From: Oceanispirochaeta sp.
Lineage (GTDB): Bacteria; Spirochaetota; Spirochaetia; DSM-2461
NCBI GenBank assembly: GCA_963663385.2
Contig: CAXXXD010000002.1
Span: 160,001 to 224,000, forward strand
Length of the DNA: 64,000 bases
Direction of reading: 5' to 3'
Position 1 is the first letter of the stretch. Each line of letters starts with the position of its first letter. The notes under the pieces were generated by a model that was given only the letters and a program-made list of their open reading frames with translations, had not been told where the DNA came from and ran no database searches. The position numbers and the translations under genes are program-made. Of this stretch, positions 9,064-18,772 are shown one piece after another.

Positions 9064-11262
9064 TTATTCCTTTACCTCTTGATTTTTTTTATGGGGAAGC
9101 GCCAGTAACGGCAGCAGGTACATACTTAAAAAATAGGAGATAAGAAGGGACGTTATCAGAAGCAGACCCAGATTCCGGGCTCCCCTGAAAGAGGAGAGAA
9201 AAAGGACAGAAAAGGAAAAGAGGGAAGTCAGGAAGCTGAGGAATATGGGAACCCCGCTGTAACTGACAATAAACTCATACCCTTCTTCCCGGTTATTATC
9301 TTTTTTCAAGGATTCAATGGCCGCCAGCGTATGGATGCTGTAGTCGATCACAAGTCCCGTAATAATGGCTACGAATATTATGGAGAAGGAATCAATACTC
9401 AGAGAGAGACTGGCAATAATCCCGAAGGAGAAAATCATACTGAAAATGGCTGGTATCAGGCTCAGGAGGGCCAGGCGGATATTCCTGTAGAATACAAGAA
9501 CTGTCAGAAAGATCAGGAAACTTCCCAGCAGAAACGAGAGAATCCAGTTATACTGAAGTTTTTTCTGTTCCTTTTCCAGGTTATCAATCATGCCGTGAAT
9601 AGACATACTCCACCCCGGGGGGAGGTTGTTTCCAATGCTTTCCGTAACCTCCCTGAAATCATTCAGATTTTCCACGTTCTTATAGTATACCATCCCTTTG
9701 ATGGAGAAGAAACGGTAGGAAGCGTCCAGAAGTGATTCGTATTCCAGGGGATCAACGGAAGAAGAGTAGTAAAGCAGGTACTGCTCTATCAGCATAGGGT
9801 AGATCCCCTCAAAGGCCGGATCTGTCAGCAGGGTCTCTTCCGAGCCCTGAAAGAAGTAGTTCATCCGTTTAAGAACCGTCAGCAGGGAGTAGGCATAGCC
9901 GACAGAGTTGTTTTCTTCCAGGCTGGAGTGGATCCTGTCCATGGCCAGAATGGAATCTTTGGTCATAATGCCGTTTTTCTCACCTGTGTCAATTTCGATA
10001 AAATAGGGCACTGTTCCGAAAAAAGTTTCATTTATCAGGGTATCCGCTTTTTTTACGGTAATGTTCCGGGGCAGCTGTTCGATCGGGTAGGGTTCAATTT
10101 TCAGATTCGGTATCTGGATCATACCCCAGATCCCGATGATTACAAGAAGGATAAAGATATAGAGTCTATGTCTGGTTATCCCCCTGAAAAAAGCTATCTG
10201 AAAGTTTTTAAACCGGGGCAGCAGCAGCTTTCCCGGTTTATTGAACTTCATGTAGGGAAACCAGAGGAATACGCCAAAAAAGGTCAGGACGATGCAGGCC
10301 GAAATCAGACTCCCCAGCTGGAGGTGCCCTGTCCCGTCCAGCACTACAAGAGACAGAAATCCGGTTAGTGTGGAAAGAACTGTCAGGGTGAGGGGAAACA
10401 GAAGGCGGCGGCGTACCGAATGCCCGTCTGTAACCGAAGGCTCATAAAACAGGTGATAGAAGTAGTGAATGATATAGTCGCTCAGAAGACCCATTCCGAA
10501 AACGGGAACCAGCAGGATCAGGGGGGAATTCTCTATCCCCAGAAAGTGGATAAAATTATAGGCGGACACCACCGATAGGAGGAGAAGCCCCCAGGAGAGG
10601 GTTATGGCTTTCCAGTTCCGGAAACTGAGAAACACGACCATAACCAGCAGTATCAGGATAGGGAAAAAGACCAGTATATCCTTGGTCAGAAGCTGTTCCG
10701 TCTTGGCCAGAATGGGAGCCCTTCCGGTATAATCAAAGGGAAGAGTATTGCTGTATTTCTGCTGGAGCCCTTTCAGCTGACTTTCTATATCTACAGTTGT
10801 GGTGTAGTTTCCAAAGTAGACGTAGAACAGGAGGGTATCCATGGCATTGTTTACATAGGGCTGCAGTTCCGGGTATCGGGGGATGGCCGATGGGAGGGAC
10901 CCGAGGAAATCCGGTGTTAACTCATCCCTGTTTTTCGGGATAATGCCGGCAACAATAATATCGTCCGCTTCTGATTTGATTACCTGGGCGCTTATCAGGG
11001 ACTCTACTTTACTGGTCCCGTTCAGCCTGGTAAAATCCTGTTCCAGATTCAGCAGCTTTTCAAAAGTGGCCGCATCAGTCAGCGACAGATTTCTGTCTTT
11101 CAGGTTTACGGTTACTACGACCACATTCTTCTGGGGAACCAGCAGGTTGGTTTCCATATCGGCATATACGGTTAATTCTTCCGTTTTTTTTTCCGGTGCG
11201 AATAGAATAAACAGTATGGTCAGCAGAATCGTTATGGCGAGAAAACCGTATTTCTTCAACAT
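9064..11262 (-). CDS. MMPL/RND-family transporter
   Basis: Two internal TM repeats with GLLSDYIIH and GLVIDYSIH motifs; 732 aa. Confidence 0.85.
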   Translation of the reverse strand: MLKKYGFLAITILLTILFILFAPEKKTEELTVYADMETNLLVPQKNVVVVTVNLKDRNLSLTDAATFEKLLNLEQDFTRLNGTSKVESLISAQVIKSEADDIIVAGIIPKNRDELTPDFLGSLPSAIPRYPELQPYVNNAMDTLLFYVYFGNYTTTVDIESQLKGLQQKYSNTLPFDYTGRAPILAKTEQLLTKDILVFFPILILLVMVVFLSFRNWKAITLSWGLLLLSVVSAYNFIHFLGIENSPLILLVPVFGMGLLSDYIIHYFYHLFYEPSVTDGHSVRRRLLFPLTLTVLSTLTGFLSLVVLDGTGHLQLGSLISACIVLTFFGVFLWFPYMKFNKPGKLLLPRFKNFQIAFFRGITRHRLYIFILLVIIGIWGMIQIPNLKIEPYPIEQLPRNITVKKADTLINETFFGTVPYFIEIDTGEKNGIMTKDSILAMDRIHSSLEENNSVGYAYSLLTVLKRMNYFFQGSEETLLTDPAFEGIYPMLIEQYLLYYSSSVDPLEYESLLDASYRFFSIKGMVYYKNVENLNDFREVTESIGNNLPPGWSMSIHGMIDNLEKEQKKLQYNWILSFLLGSFLIFLTVLVFYRNIRLALLSLIPAIFSMIFSFGIIASLSLSIDSFSIIFVAIITGLVIDYSIHTLAAIESLKKDNNREEGYEFIVSYSGVPIFLSFLTSLFSFSVLFLSSFRGARNLGLLLITSLLISYFLSMYLLPLLALPHKKNQEVKE

Positions 11263-11320
11263 TGATAATCCTTTTTTTCCGGTCTATTATTTTTGAAATT
11301 ACCCTTAATCCTCTGATTAT

Positions 11321-11349
11321 AGTATAGGAAAATGAACTGCCTTTCTCAA
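11321..11349 (-). promoter_or_regulatory. sigma70 promoter for the MMPL operon
   Basis: Minus strand TTGAGA-17 bp-TATACT. Confidence 0.5.
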
Positions 11350-11365
11350 GACTGGTCCCCGGGGT

Positions 11366-13540
11366 TTATAAAAGTGTAATTTTGTCGGTCAAAAGGATAT
11401 TCTGACTGCTGTTCCCCACAAGGATATAGAAATCCCCCGGTTCCAGGCGCCAGTCTCCCCTGTAGGGATCGTAGTACTGGAATGCTCTTTTATTTAATGA
11501 GAAACGGACCGTCTTCGATTCCCCCGGTTCCAGGAAAATCTTGCTGAAACCCTTCAGTTCCTTGGGCGGTCTTATAAGGGTGCTGTCATCATCACCCACA
11601 TAGATCTGAACAGTCTCTGCACCAGCGGTATTCCCGGTATTTTCTACAGAAAGCGAGCCCCTTACCATTGTTTCCTCCTCATTCAGAATCTCTGTTTTCA
11701 GCCCGGTAAAACTGAAATTCGTGTAGGATAAACCGAATCCGAATGGAAACAGGGGGGTAATGTTTTCTCTGTCGAAATGCCGGTATCCAATAAAGATACC
11801 TTCCTGGTAGTCCATGGGGTGTACCCTGCGGATCAGAGGATTCCCCTGTCCCAGGTAAATCCGGCCGGCATTGGTTTTCCCCGGATCCGATACATAATGT
11901 GCGGTTGATCCGAAATCCTCCCAATGTTCGGACATGGTAAAGGGCAGTTTCCCCGATGGATTTCTTGTTCCGAACAGTATATCCGCCAGGGCGTTTCCTG
12001 CGGTTTCTCCCAGATAAAAACTGTGGATAAAGCCTTTGACTTTATCGATCCATCCTGTTGTATTAACTCCGCCTCCTGCTGTAAGCACCACCAGTGTATT
12101 GGGGTTCAGTTCTGTTGTTTCCAGTATGCTGTCGGACTGGCCGTAGGGGAGGTCCCATGACCTGTCCCAGCATTCGCTTTCTTCCAGGTGGGAGTATCCG
12201 GCACAGTAAAGAACCGCATCGGCGGAACGTATGCGCTCCATTTCATTTGAAGACAGCTTCTCCGGGGACCAGGGAATATGATCAATAGTCTTTTCCCCGC
12301 AGGCATTCCTCAACCCGGTCAGAAAGTCCGTTGCATTTTCTGTTTGAACATAGCTGCTGCCGCCTCCTCCGGTTTCCGTTCTTTCCGCCATTCGGCCCAT
12401 TACAACGATAACTCCCGGTTCCCCGGGGGTAAAGGGGAGTATGTTTTCCTTGTTTTTCAGAAGGACAATCCCTTCGGAGGCGACTTCTCCGGCCAGGTCA
12501 ACATGCTCTTTGCAGTAGAAAGATGATTCAGGGTCTTTCTGGGGACGGTCATATATGCCGCATTTGAAGAGGGTCCCCATTAAATTCCGGACCATCCGGT
12601 CTATGTCTTCTATCCTGATCCGACCCTTCGCCAGCTCTTTCTGAATTTTTTTCTCCGTCAGCCATCTGGCATGGGGCATTTCGATATCCAGACCATTTCT
12701 AACGGGACCCGAAGTGGAATAGAGGCTGTTCCAGTCGCTCATAACCAGGCCGTCAAACTCCCACTCTTTTCTGAGTATTTCCGTTAAAAGGTGATGGTTC
12801 TCGCTGGAGTAGCTTCCATTTACCGGGTTGTAGGCGCTCATGACCCCCCTGGTTCCACCTTCTTTGACTGCCATTTCAAAGGCCGGAAGGTATATCTCCC
12901 TTAATGTCCTCTCACTGACAGTCGAGTCTGTTTTATGCCGGTCGTATTCGGAGTTGTTACAGGCGAAGTGTTTGACTGTAGTGATAACCCCGCTTGCCTG
13001 GGCTCCCCTTATATAAGCGGAAGCCATCTTTCCGGCCAGAAAGGGATCTTCCCCCATATATTCAAAATTTCTTCCACAGGTGGGAACCCTGTATATATTA
13101 ATGCCCGGCCCCAGGAGTATGGATACTCCTGTATGACGGAACTCTTCTCCGATGGCTGCCCCGGCTTTTTCAATCAGATCCTGATTCCAGGTGGCAGCCA
13201 TGGACAGGGGGGCGGGGAAGGCTGTTCCTCCCTTAAAGCAGCGAAGACCGGCTGTCGCGTCGCTGCACCAGATACTGGGAAGGCCGTATCGGGGCAGGGG
13301 GTGAATCCCCAGCTCCTTGTAGCCCCCGATGAAACGGATCTTTTCTTCCAGACTCATCTGATGGAGAATGGATTCCGTCCTTTCCTCCGGGGCGATATGG
13401 GAGTCATCCCTTCCCGGAAAATCGCAGTCTTCAACAGATTCCTTATGCATCCGCCGGCTTTCATCATTCATTTCCCGACTGCCGTCCATACGGGACGTAA
13501 TTTTCCTTTTGATTCCGATATTCTGTACCATATATCTCAC
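11366..13540 (-). CDS. Glycoside hydrolase family 3 (beta-glucosidase-like) with Fn3-like C-terminus
   Basis: GRNFEYMGEDP, VKHFACN, VMSDW nucleophile motif, PSGKLPFT, FPFGFGLSYT, ELKGF. No signal peptide; exact start uncertain. Confidence 0.92.
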   Translation of the reverse strand: MRYMVQNIGIKRKITSRMDGSREMNDESRRMHKESVEDCDFPGRDDSHIAPEERTESILHQMSLEEKIRFIGGYKELGIHPLPRYGLPSIWCSDATAGLRCFKGGTAFPAPLSMAATWNQDLIEKAGAAIGEEFRHTGVSILLGPGINIYRVPTCGRNFEYMGEDPFLAGKMASAYIRGAQASGVITTVKHFACNNSEYDRHKTDSTVSERTLREIYLPAFEMAVKEGGTRGVMSAYNPVNGSYSSENHHLLTEILRKEWEFDGLVMSDWNSLYSTSGPVRNGLDIEMPHARWLTEKKIQKELAKGRIRIEDIDRMVRNLMGTLFKCGIYDRPQKDPESSFYCKEHVDLAGEVASEGIVLLKNKENILPFTPGEPGVIVVMGRMAERTETGGGGSSYVQTENATDFLTGLRNACGEKTIDHIPWSPEKLSSNEMERIRSADAVLYCAGYSHLEESECWDRSWDLPYGQSDSILETTELNPNTLVVLTAGGGVNTTGWIDKVKGFIHSFYLGETAGNALADILFGTRNPSGKLPFTMSEHWEDFGSTAHYVSDPGKTNAGRIYLGQGNPLIRRVHPMDYQEGIFIGYRHFDRENITPLFPFGFGLSYTNFSFTGLKTEILNEEETMVRGSLSVENTGNTAGAETVQIYVGDDDSTLIRPPKELKGFSKIFLEPGESKTVRFSLNKRAFQYYDPYRGDWRLEPGDFYILVGNSSQNILLTDKITLL

Positions 13541-13695
13541 CCCTTAAGGATTCTCTACTATATAATTATCCTGATGAAACGGTTCGGGTCAAATATAATC
13601 TGACAGGATCTGAGTATAATGAAAAGAGAAAGGTTGGTCTTTTTTCCTCTTCTGTCCTATAATAAATAAACTATTCATATCTTAAAGGAGCGGGT

Positions 13696-14208
13696 ATGTA
13701 TTTTAGGCGCTTGAAGGTTTCTCTATTAACGATTGCTCTGCTGCTTACTGCGGTTTCATTGACAGCAGCTCTGGATACGGGAGACAGTCTCCCTCCTTTT
13801 TCCGTTGTCTCGGGTGACGGAAAAATCCTTATTGATATGGACCTGATAGGAAAGCATACTTTTCTTTTTTATGAAGACCGTTCTAAAATGGATATGAATG
13901 AAGGACTGAAGTCATTTCTTATGGCACAGGGATATAGCGATGAAGAGGTTCTTTTCATTGTTGTAGCTGACTGTTCAAAGGCAGGAGTATTCAAGCGGGT
14001 ATGGCAGACTCAATTGGAGGATGCTTCCCGAAAAAGCGGCAGCACGATCTACGGGGACTGGAACGGCCGTATGAAAGATTCTTTCCGCGCAGCAGATAAA
14101 ACATCTTCATTCTATATAATAGATCCCGCCGGTACGGTCAGATACTTCCGTGAGGGAGTCGTTCCGGAAAGCGAATTTCAGGAGATCAATGGCATCGTAT
14201 CACCTTAG
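13696..14208 (+). CDS. Exported thioredoxin-fold protein (YtfJ/redoxin-like, no CxxC)
   Basis: Signal peptide; GDSLPPFSV and FYIIDPAGTVRY redoxin-fold segments; AAAGGAG SD. Confidence 0.55.
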   Translation: MYFRRLKVSLLTIALLLTAVSLTAALDTGDSLPPFSVVSGDGKILIDMDLIGKHTFLFYEDRSKMDMNEGLKSFLMAQGYSDEEVLFIVVADCSKAGVFKRVWQTQLEDASRKSGSTIYGDWNGRMKDSFRAADKTSSFYIIDPAGTVRYFREGVVPESEFQEINGIVSP

Positions 14209-14233
14209 GGGATAAACGGTGTAATGGAATTCT

Positions 14234-15574
14234 ATGAAAAAATACAAATTCTCGGACAGGCAGCTTCTCTTCCTGTATTTTCTATCCCTTATCTCTTTGG
14301 GAGTACTCTTTTTATCTCTCCCCTTTTCCTATGTGAACGGGCATGCCGCACCCTGGATAGACCGGCTGTTTACGGCTGTCTCCGCAGTCTGCGTCACCGG
14401 ATTGTCCACTTTCCCCACCGGGGATCTCAGCCGTATGGGGCAGATATTCCTTCTTCTCCTGATCCAGGCCGGAGGGTTGGGCTATGTAACTTTTACAACA
14501 CTCTTTCTTTTCTTCCCCGGGTCCCGTTTCTCCTTAAGGGACTCCTCGATTATTCAGCAGTATTTCGGTGAGAATCAGATCATGCAGCCCCGGTATATAT
14601 TGCTGAATATCCTTGGATTGACATTCGGCCTGGAGTTGTTTGGGGCCCTGATACTCTACCCGGGGATGCTCAGGCAGAATGTGGGGTCACCCGCTTTCTC
14701 CTCCGTTTTTCACGGGATCTCCGCCTTCTGCAATGCGGGTTTTTCCCTGTACCCGGACAGCCTTACCCGTTTTTCCGGTAATTCTCTTGTATTGGGAGGC
14801 GTTTCCCTGATGATTGTTACGGGCGGGCTGGGATTTATGGTTTTATGGAACCTGGGAAAGAAACTGCGGAATGGCAGATCTGTAAGACTGATGTATCATA
14901 CCCGTTTGATGCTGGTTCTGACTCCTCTCTTTATCCTGGGAGGGTTTGTATTTTTCCTGATTCAGGAAAGAACCGGTTTGCTGAAGTCCTATTCCACGCT
15001 AGACGCTATGCAGGCGGCCCTCTTTCAATCCATTACAACAAGAACGGCAGGGTTTAATACGATTGATCAGGGACAGCTCTCTCAACCCTCCCTGATTGTC
15101 ACCCTTCTTTTAATGATTACAGGAGGCGGTTCCGGATCCACTGCAGGAGGACTGAAGGTTTCCACGGTTTTTCTTCTGGCCCTTATTCTGACAAAAGGAG
15201 TGGATGACTATGGAGAGGTCAGTTTTCTGAAACGGCGGATAAGCCGTGACCAGTTGAACCGGGCAGGGTTTTATCTTATGAAAGCCGTTATGATCCTTTT
15301 CTTTAGCGTGCTTCTGGTAGCTCTGGTGGAGGAATCCCGCTGGGGAAGCGGTTTTTCTTTGACACAGATCGTATTTGAATGCGTTTCTGCTCTGGGGACT
15401 GTCGGTCTGAGCATGGGGATAACAGCGAACCTGCATCTTCTGAGCAAGCTGGTTATTATCTTTACAATGTTTGCGGGGCGGGTCGCCCTGTTTGCCATAA
15501 TTATGCCTCAGGTATATGATACGAAAGTTCAGAGGTATATCCGCTATCCGAAAGGGGAGGTTTTAATAGGATGA
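14234..15574 (+). CDS. trkH: TrkH/KtrB-family potassium uptake membrane protein
   Basis: SAVCVTGL, SAFCNAGFS, TTRTAGF, SALGTVGLS pore loops. Confidence 0.92.
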   Translation: MKKYKFSDRQLLFLYFLSLISLGVLFLSLPFSYVNGHAAPWIDRLFTAVSAVCVTGLSTFPTGDLSRMGQIFLLLLIQAGGLGYVTFTTLFLFFPGSRFSLRDSSIIQQYFGENQIMQPRYILLNILGLTFGLELFGALILYPGMLRQNVGSPAFSSVFHGISAFCNAGFSLYPDSLTRFSGNSLVLGGVSLMIVTGGLGFMVLWNLGKKLRNGRSVRLMYHTRLMLVLTPLFILGGFVFFLIQERTGLLKSYSTLDAMQAALFQSITTRTAGFNTIDQGQLSQPSLIVTLLLMITGGGSGSTAGGLKVSTVFLLALILTKGVDDYGEVSFLKRRISRDQLNRAGFYLMKAVMILFFSVLLVALVEESRWGSGFSLTQIVFECVSALGTVGLSMGITANLHLLSKLVIIFTMFAGRVALFAIIMPQVYDTKVQRYIRYPKGEVLIG

Positions 15575-16284
15575 AACAGTTTGCACTTATAGGTCTGAGT
15601 TCTTTTGCAAGACGGATAATTGAAGAGCTGGAGAGCTTTCATTGTGATATTCTGCTTATCGATAAGGACCCTGAAGCAATTGAGTTGTATAAAGATCGTG
15701 TCGCCCGGGCTTTTATTGCGGATGTTCTTAATGAAGAGACGATCCAGCGGTTGATTCCCTCCAACATAGACGGTGTTGTACTGGATCCGGGGGATCGGAT
15801 TGAGGTTTCGATCCTTGTTACCAATTATCTGAAAAAAATGGGAGTGAAGAATATTTTTGTCCGGGCCGACACGGATGAACATGGTGAAATCCTCAATCTG
15901 GTTGGAGCGGATCTTGTTATCTATCCCAACAGGGAGGCGGCCAAACGGATTGCGCCCATGCTGCTGACTTCCCGTTTGTTTAACTACATGCCCATAAGCG
16001 ATGGTCTTGTGATTGCCGAGGTCAGAGCTCCGGATAATCTGATCGGGAAAAATCTGATTGAAGCCAATTTAAGAAAGAATCATAATCTGAATATTATAGC
16101 CATACGTAATGCCGAGGATAAAGTGGATTATCAGTTCCGTCCGGCCGAATACCATATCCGAAAGAGCGATATCCTCCTGCTGGCGGGAGCTGAAATCGAT
16201 ATTCACGGCTTTGCAGGTACCCAGAAACCGGTGAGCAGTACTTCCGGACTGAAAAGCCTGTATCAGAAACTGTTTAATTCCTGA
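15571..16284 (+). CDS. trkA: TrkA/KtrA-family K+ uptake regulatory subunit
   Basis: N-terminal RCK (FALIGLSSF) plus TrkA-C domain; overlaps trkH by 4 bp. Confidence 0.9.
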   Translation: MKQFALIGLSSFARRIIEELESFHCDILLIDKDPEAIELYKDRVARAFIADVLNEETIQRLIPSNIDGVVLDPGDRIEVSILVTNYLKKMGVKNIFVRADTDEHGEILNLVGADLVIYPNREAAKRIAPMLLTSRLFNYMPISDGLVIAEVRAPDNLIGKNLIEANLRKNHNLNIIAIRNAEDKVDYQFRPAEYHIRKSDILLLAGAEIDIHGFAGTQKPVSSTSGLKSLYQKLFNS

Positions 16285-16414
16285 AATTCCGAGACCAGTA
16301 TCTTCTAAATATTCCACTTTCAATCATTACTGCCTATAATCGGTTTCATGAAAATCGGGGACTGAGCTGAAGGATGAGAATTAATCCTTATGATTCAGTC
16401 CTTAAGGAGTTAAT

Positions 16415-17269
16415 GTGAAACGTATAATAACTGTTCTATATAGTCTTTTATTTGTCGTCAGCCTTTCTGCCGGAGGGCAGCAGGAGGTCGCTGATCAGGT
16501 AATCCGGATTGGTGTTCTGCCCGATGCCTGTACTCTGCCCCTTTTTCTTATGCCCGAAGTGGAAGTTGTTCCCTTTATGAGTGCAAAGGAGAGGGAAACC
16601 GCCCTTCAGTTGGGGGAGTTGGACGGAGTGACAACCGACCTTGTTTCTGTCGTGGCTAATCAGCAGAAGGGGATGCCCCAGAAGGTTCTGACTGTTACGG
16701 AGACCCGTTTTATACTCGTAGCCAATCCCGGGATGGATGACGATGCTCTCTGGTCTGTCGGTATCTCCGAGAATACGGTAATTGAGTTTCTGGTGGATTT
16801 TTTTGCTGACGGCCGGGAGATGGAAAAAGTGGCTATCCCTCAGGTGCCTGTCAGAATGGAGATGCTGCGGAACGGAAAAATCCCTATGGCCTGTCTGACC
16901 GATGCCCTGGCCTGGCCTCTTCTGGGCAGCGGATTCAAAATCCTGGCTGATCAGCAGGACAGCGGTCTGGAACCGGCTGTCCTTGCCTTTTCCGAAGAGT
17001 TTCTTGAAGTAAACCCGGCTGTCCCCGAAACCTTTACAGTGGGATGGAACAAGGCTGTTGAGGAGATTAACAGTGATCCCGAAAAGTACAGAACCCTGCT
17101 TCTGGAAAAGGTCCGTCTGCCCGATGATCCTGAATTCCCCTTTCCCGTACCCTTGTATCATCCGGTAAAACTTCCCAATGAAAAAACGGTTCAGGTCGTT
17201 CTGGACTGGTACGGGAACAAATACGGGTTTGAGAAACCCGTCTCCTATTTTGATCTTATTGTTCCCTGA
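16415..17269 (+). CDS. ABC transporter substrate-binding protein (NMT1/SsuA-like class II)
   Basis: Signal peptide SLSAGGQQE; IRIGVLPD, ALQLGELDG; GTG start after AAGGAG. Confidence 0.8.
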   Translation: MKRIITVLYSLLFVVSLSAGGQQEVADQVIRIGVLPDACTLPLFLMPEVEVVPFMSAKERETALQLGELDGVTTDLVSVVANQQKGMPQKVLTVTETRFILVANPGMDDDALWSVGISENTVIEFLVDFFADGREMEKVAIPQVPVRMEMLRNGKIPMACLTDALAWPLLGSGFKILADQQDSGLEPAVLAFSEEFLEVNPAVPETFTVGWNKAVEEINSDPEKYRTLLLEKVRLPDDPEFPFPVPLYHPVKLPNEKTVQVVLDWYGNKYGFEKPVSYFDLIVP

Positions 17270-17323
17270 TTCGGGGGCGGGCTTTGGTGGACGCCGGAGC
17301 TCCGCCGCACTATAATCTGGGGC

Positions 17324-18772
17324 ATGGCTTATAAAAATCTGCAAGACTTTATATCTTTTCTGGAAAAAAAAGGTGAACTGAGGCGGGTCAGTGCCGAAGT
17401 TGATTCCCATCTGGAAATTACGGAAATTACCGATAGAATCAGCAAAAAGAACGGGCCGGCTCTTCTTTTTGAAAATGTAAAGGGATCAGAATTCCCTGTT
17501 TTGATTAATGCATTCGGATCCTACGACAGGATGGCAATGGCCCTGGGGGCTTCCTCTCTGGATGAAAAGGCAAAGGAGCTGGAAGATCTGGTCGACTGGG
17601 GTTTTTCCCAGATGCGGCAGCTGGATGTGATGAGTTTCTTTCCCAAAATGAAATGGGCCCGCCTTTTTCTGCCCCACAAGGTCCTTTCCGCCCCCTGTCA
17701 GCAGGTGGTGGACCATGATCCCGACTTAAACACTCTGCCGGTTCTGACCTGCTGGCCCGGGGACGGCGGTCCTTTCTTTACACTCCCTCTTGTTATTACA
17801 AAGGACCCTGAAACGGGGGCCCAGAATATGGGGATGTACCGCCTTCAGGTATTTGATAAAAATACAACGGGCATGCACTGGCATATGCATAAGGACGGGG
17901 CCCATTATTATCAGAAATACAGGGAGCGGGGAGAGCGTATGCCTGTGGCTGTTGCTCTGGGCTGTGACCCGGCGGTTACCTATGCCGCTACAGCGCCCCT
18001 TCCCGAGGGAATCTCGGAGCTGTTTTTTGCGGGATACCTGCGGGGCAGACCTGTGGATACGGTTAAGTGTATCACCTCGGATCTGCAGGTGCCCGCACAG
18101 GCGGAATTTGTTCTGGAGGGCTATGTGGATCCCACGGAGCCCCTCAGAAGGGAAGGCCCTTTTGGTGACCATACGGGTTACTACTCCCTGGCCGATGACT
18201 ACCCGGTATTTCATATCACCTGTATTACTCGCCGGAAAAAACCTGTTTTCCCGGCTACCATTGTGGGACAGCCCCCCATGGAAGACTGCTATATGGCCAA
18301 GGCTACGGAACGGATTTTTCTTCCCCTTCTGAAAAAGATGAACCCCGAGATAATTGATATGAACCTTCCCCTGGAGGGGGTCTTTCATAACTGTGCCATT
18401 ATCTCCATCCGCAAACGTTATGCCGGTCAGGTCCATAAAGTCCTCTACAGCCTGTGGGGGCTCGGGCAGATGCAATATACCAAAATGATTATTGTGGTGG
18501 ACCATGATGTGGATGTTCAGAATCTGAGTGTGGTGATGTGGAAGGTTTTTAATAACATAGATGCCAGGCGGGACCTTATTCTGAGCGACGGTCCCCTGGA
18601 TGCTCTGGATCATGCCTCTCCCCGTTCCCGTTTCGGTACAAGACTGGGGATTGATGCGACACGGAAAGGCCCCCTGGACGGGCACGAGAGGGAGTGGCCG
18701 GAAGATATTATGATGAGTGATAAGATTAAAGAGCAGGTAGACCGCCGCTGGAAGGAGCTGGGGCTTGATTGA
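17324..18772 (+). CDS. ubiD: UbiD-family prFMN decarboxylase (menaquinone/futalosine MqnL type)
   Basis: GPALLFENV, NMGMYRLQV, EGPFGDHTGYY, GIDATRK. Confidence 0.92.
   Translation: MAYKNLQDFISFLEKKGELRRVSAEVDSHLEITEITDRISKKNGPALLFENVKGSEFPVLINAFGSYDRMAMALGASSLDEKAKELEDLVDWGFSQMRQLDVMSFFPKMKWARLFLPHKVLSAPCQQVVDHDPDLNTLPVLTCWPGDGGPFFTLPLVITKDPETGAQNMGMYRLQVFDKNTTGMHWHMHKDGAHYYQKYRERGERMPVAVALGCDPAVTYAATAPLPEGISELFFAGYLRGRPVDTVKCITSDLQVPAQAEFVLEGYVDPTEPLRREGPFGDHTGYYSLADDYPVFHITCITRRKKPVFPATIVGQPPMEDCYMAKATERIFLPLLKKMNPEIIDMNLPLEGVFHNCAIISIRKRYAGQVHKVLYSLWGLGQMQYTKMIIVVDHDVDVQNLSVVMWKVFNNIDARRDLILSDGPLDALDHASPRSRFGTRLGIDATRKGPLDGHEREWPEDIMMSDKIKEQVDRRWKELGLD

Noticed and set aside
13572..13587. 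TGATGAAACGGTTCGG as a LacI/CcpA-type operator upstream of the GH3 gene
   Set aside because: Only a half match, single copy, and no adjacent regulator.
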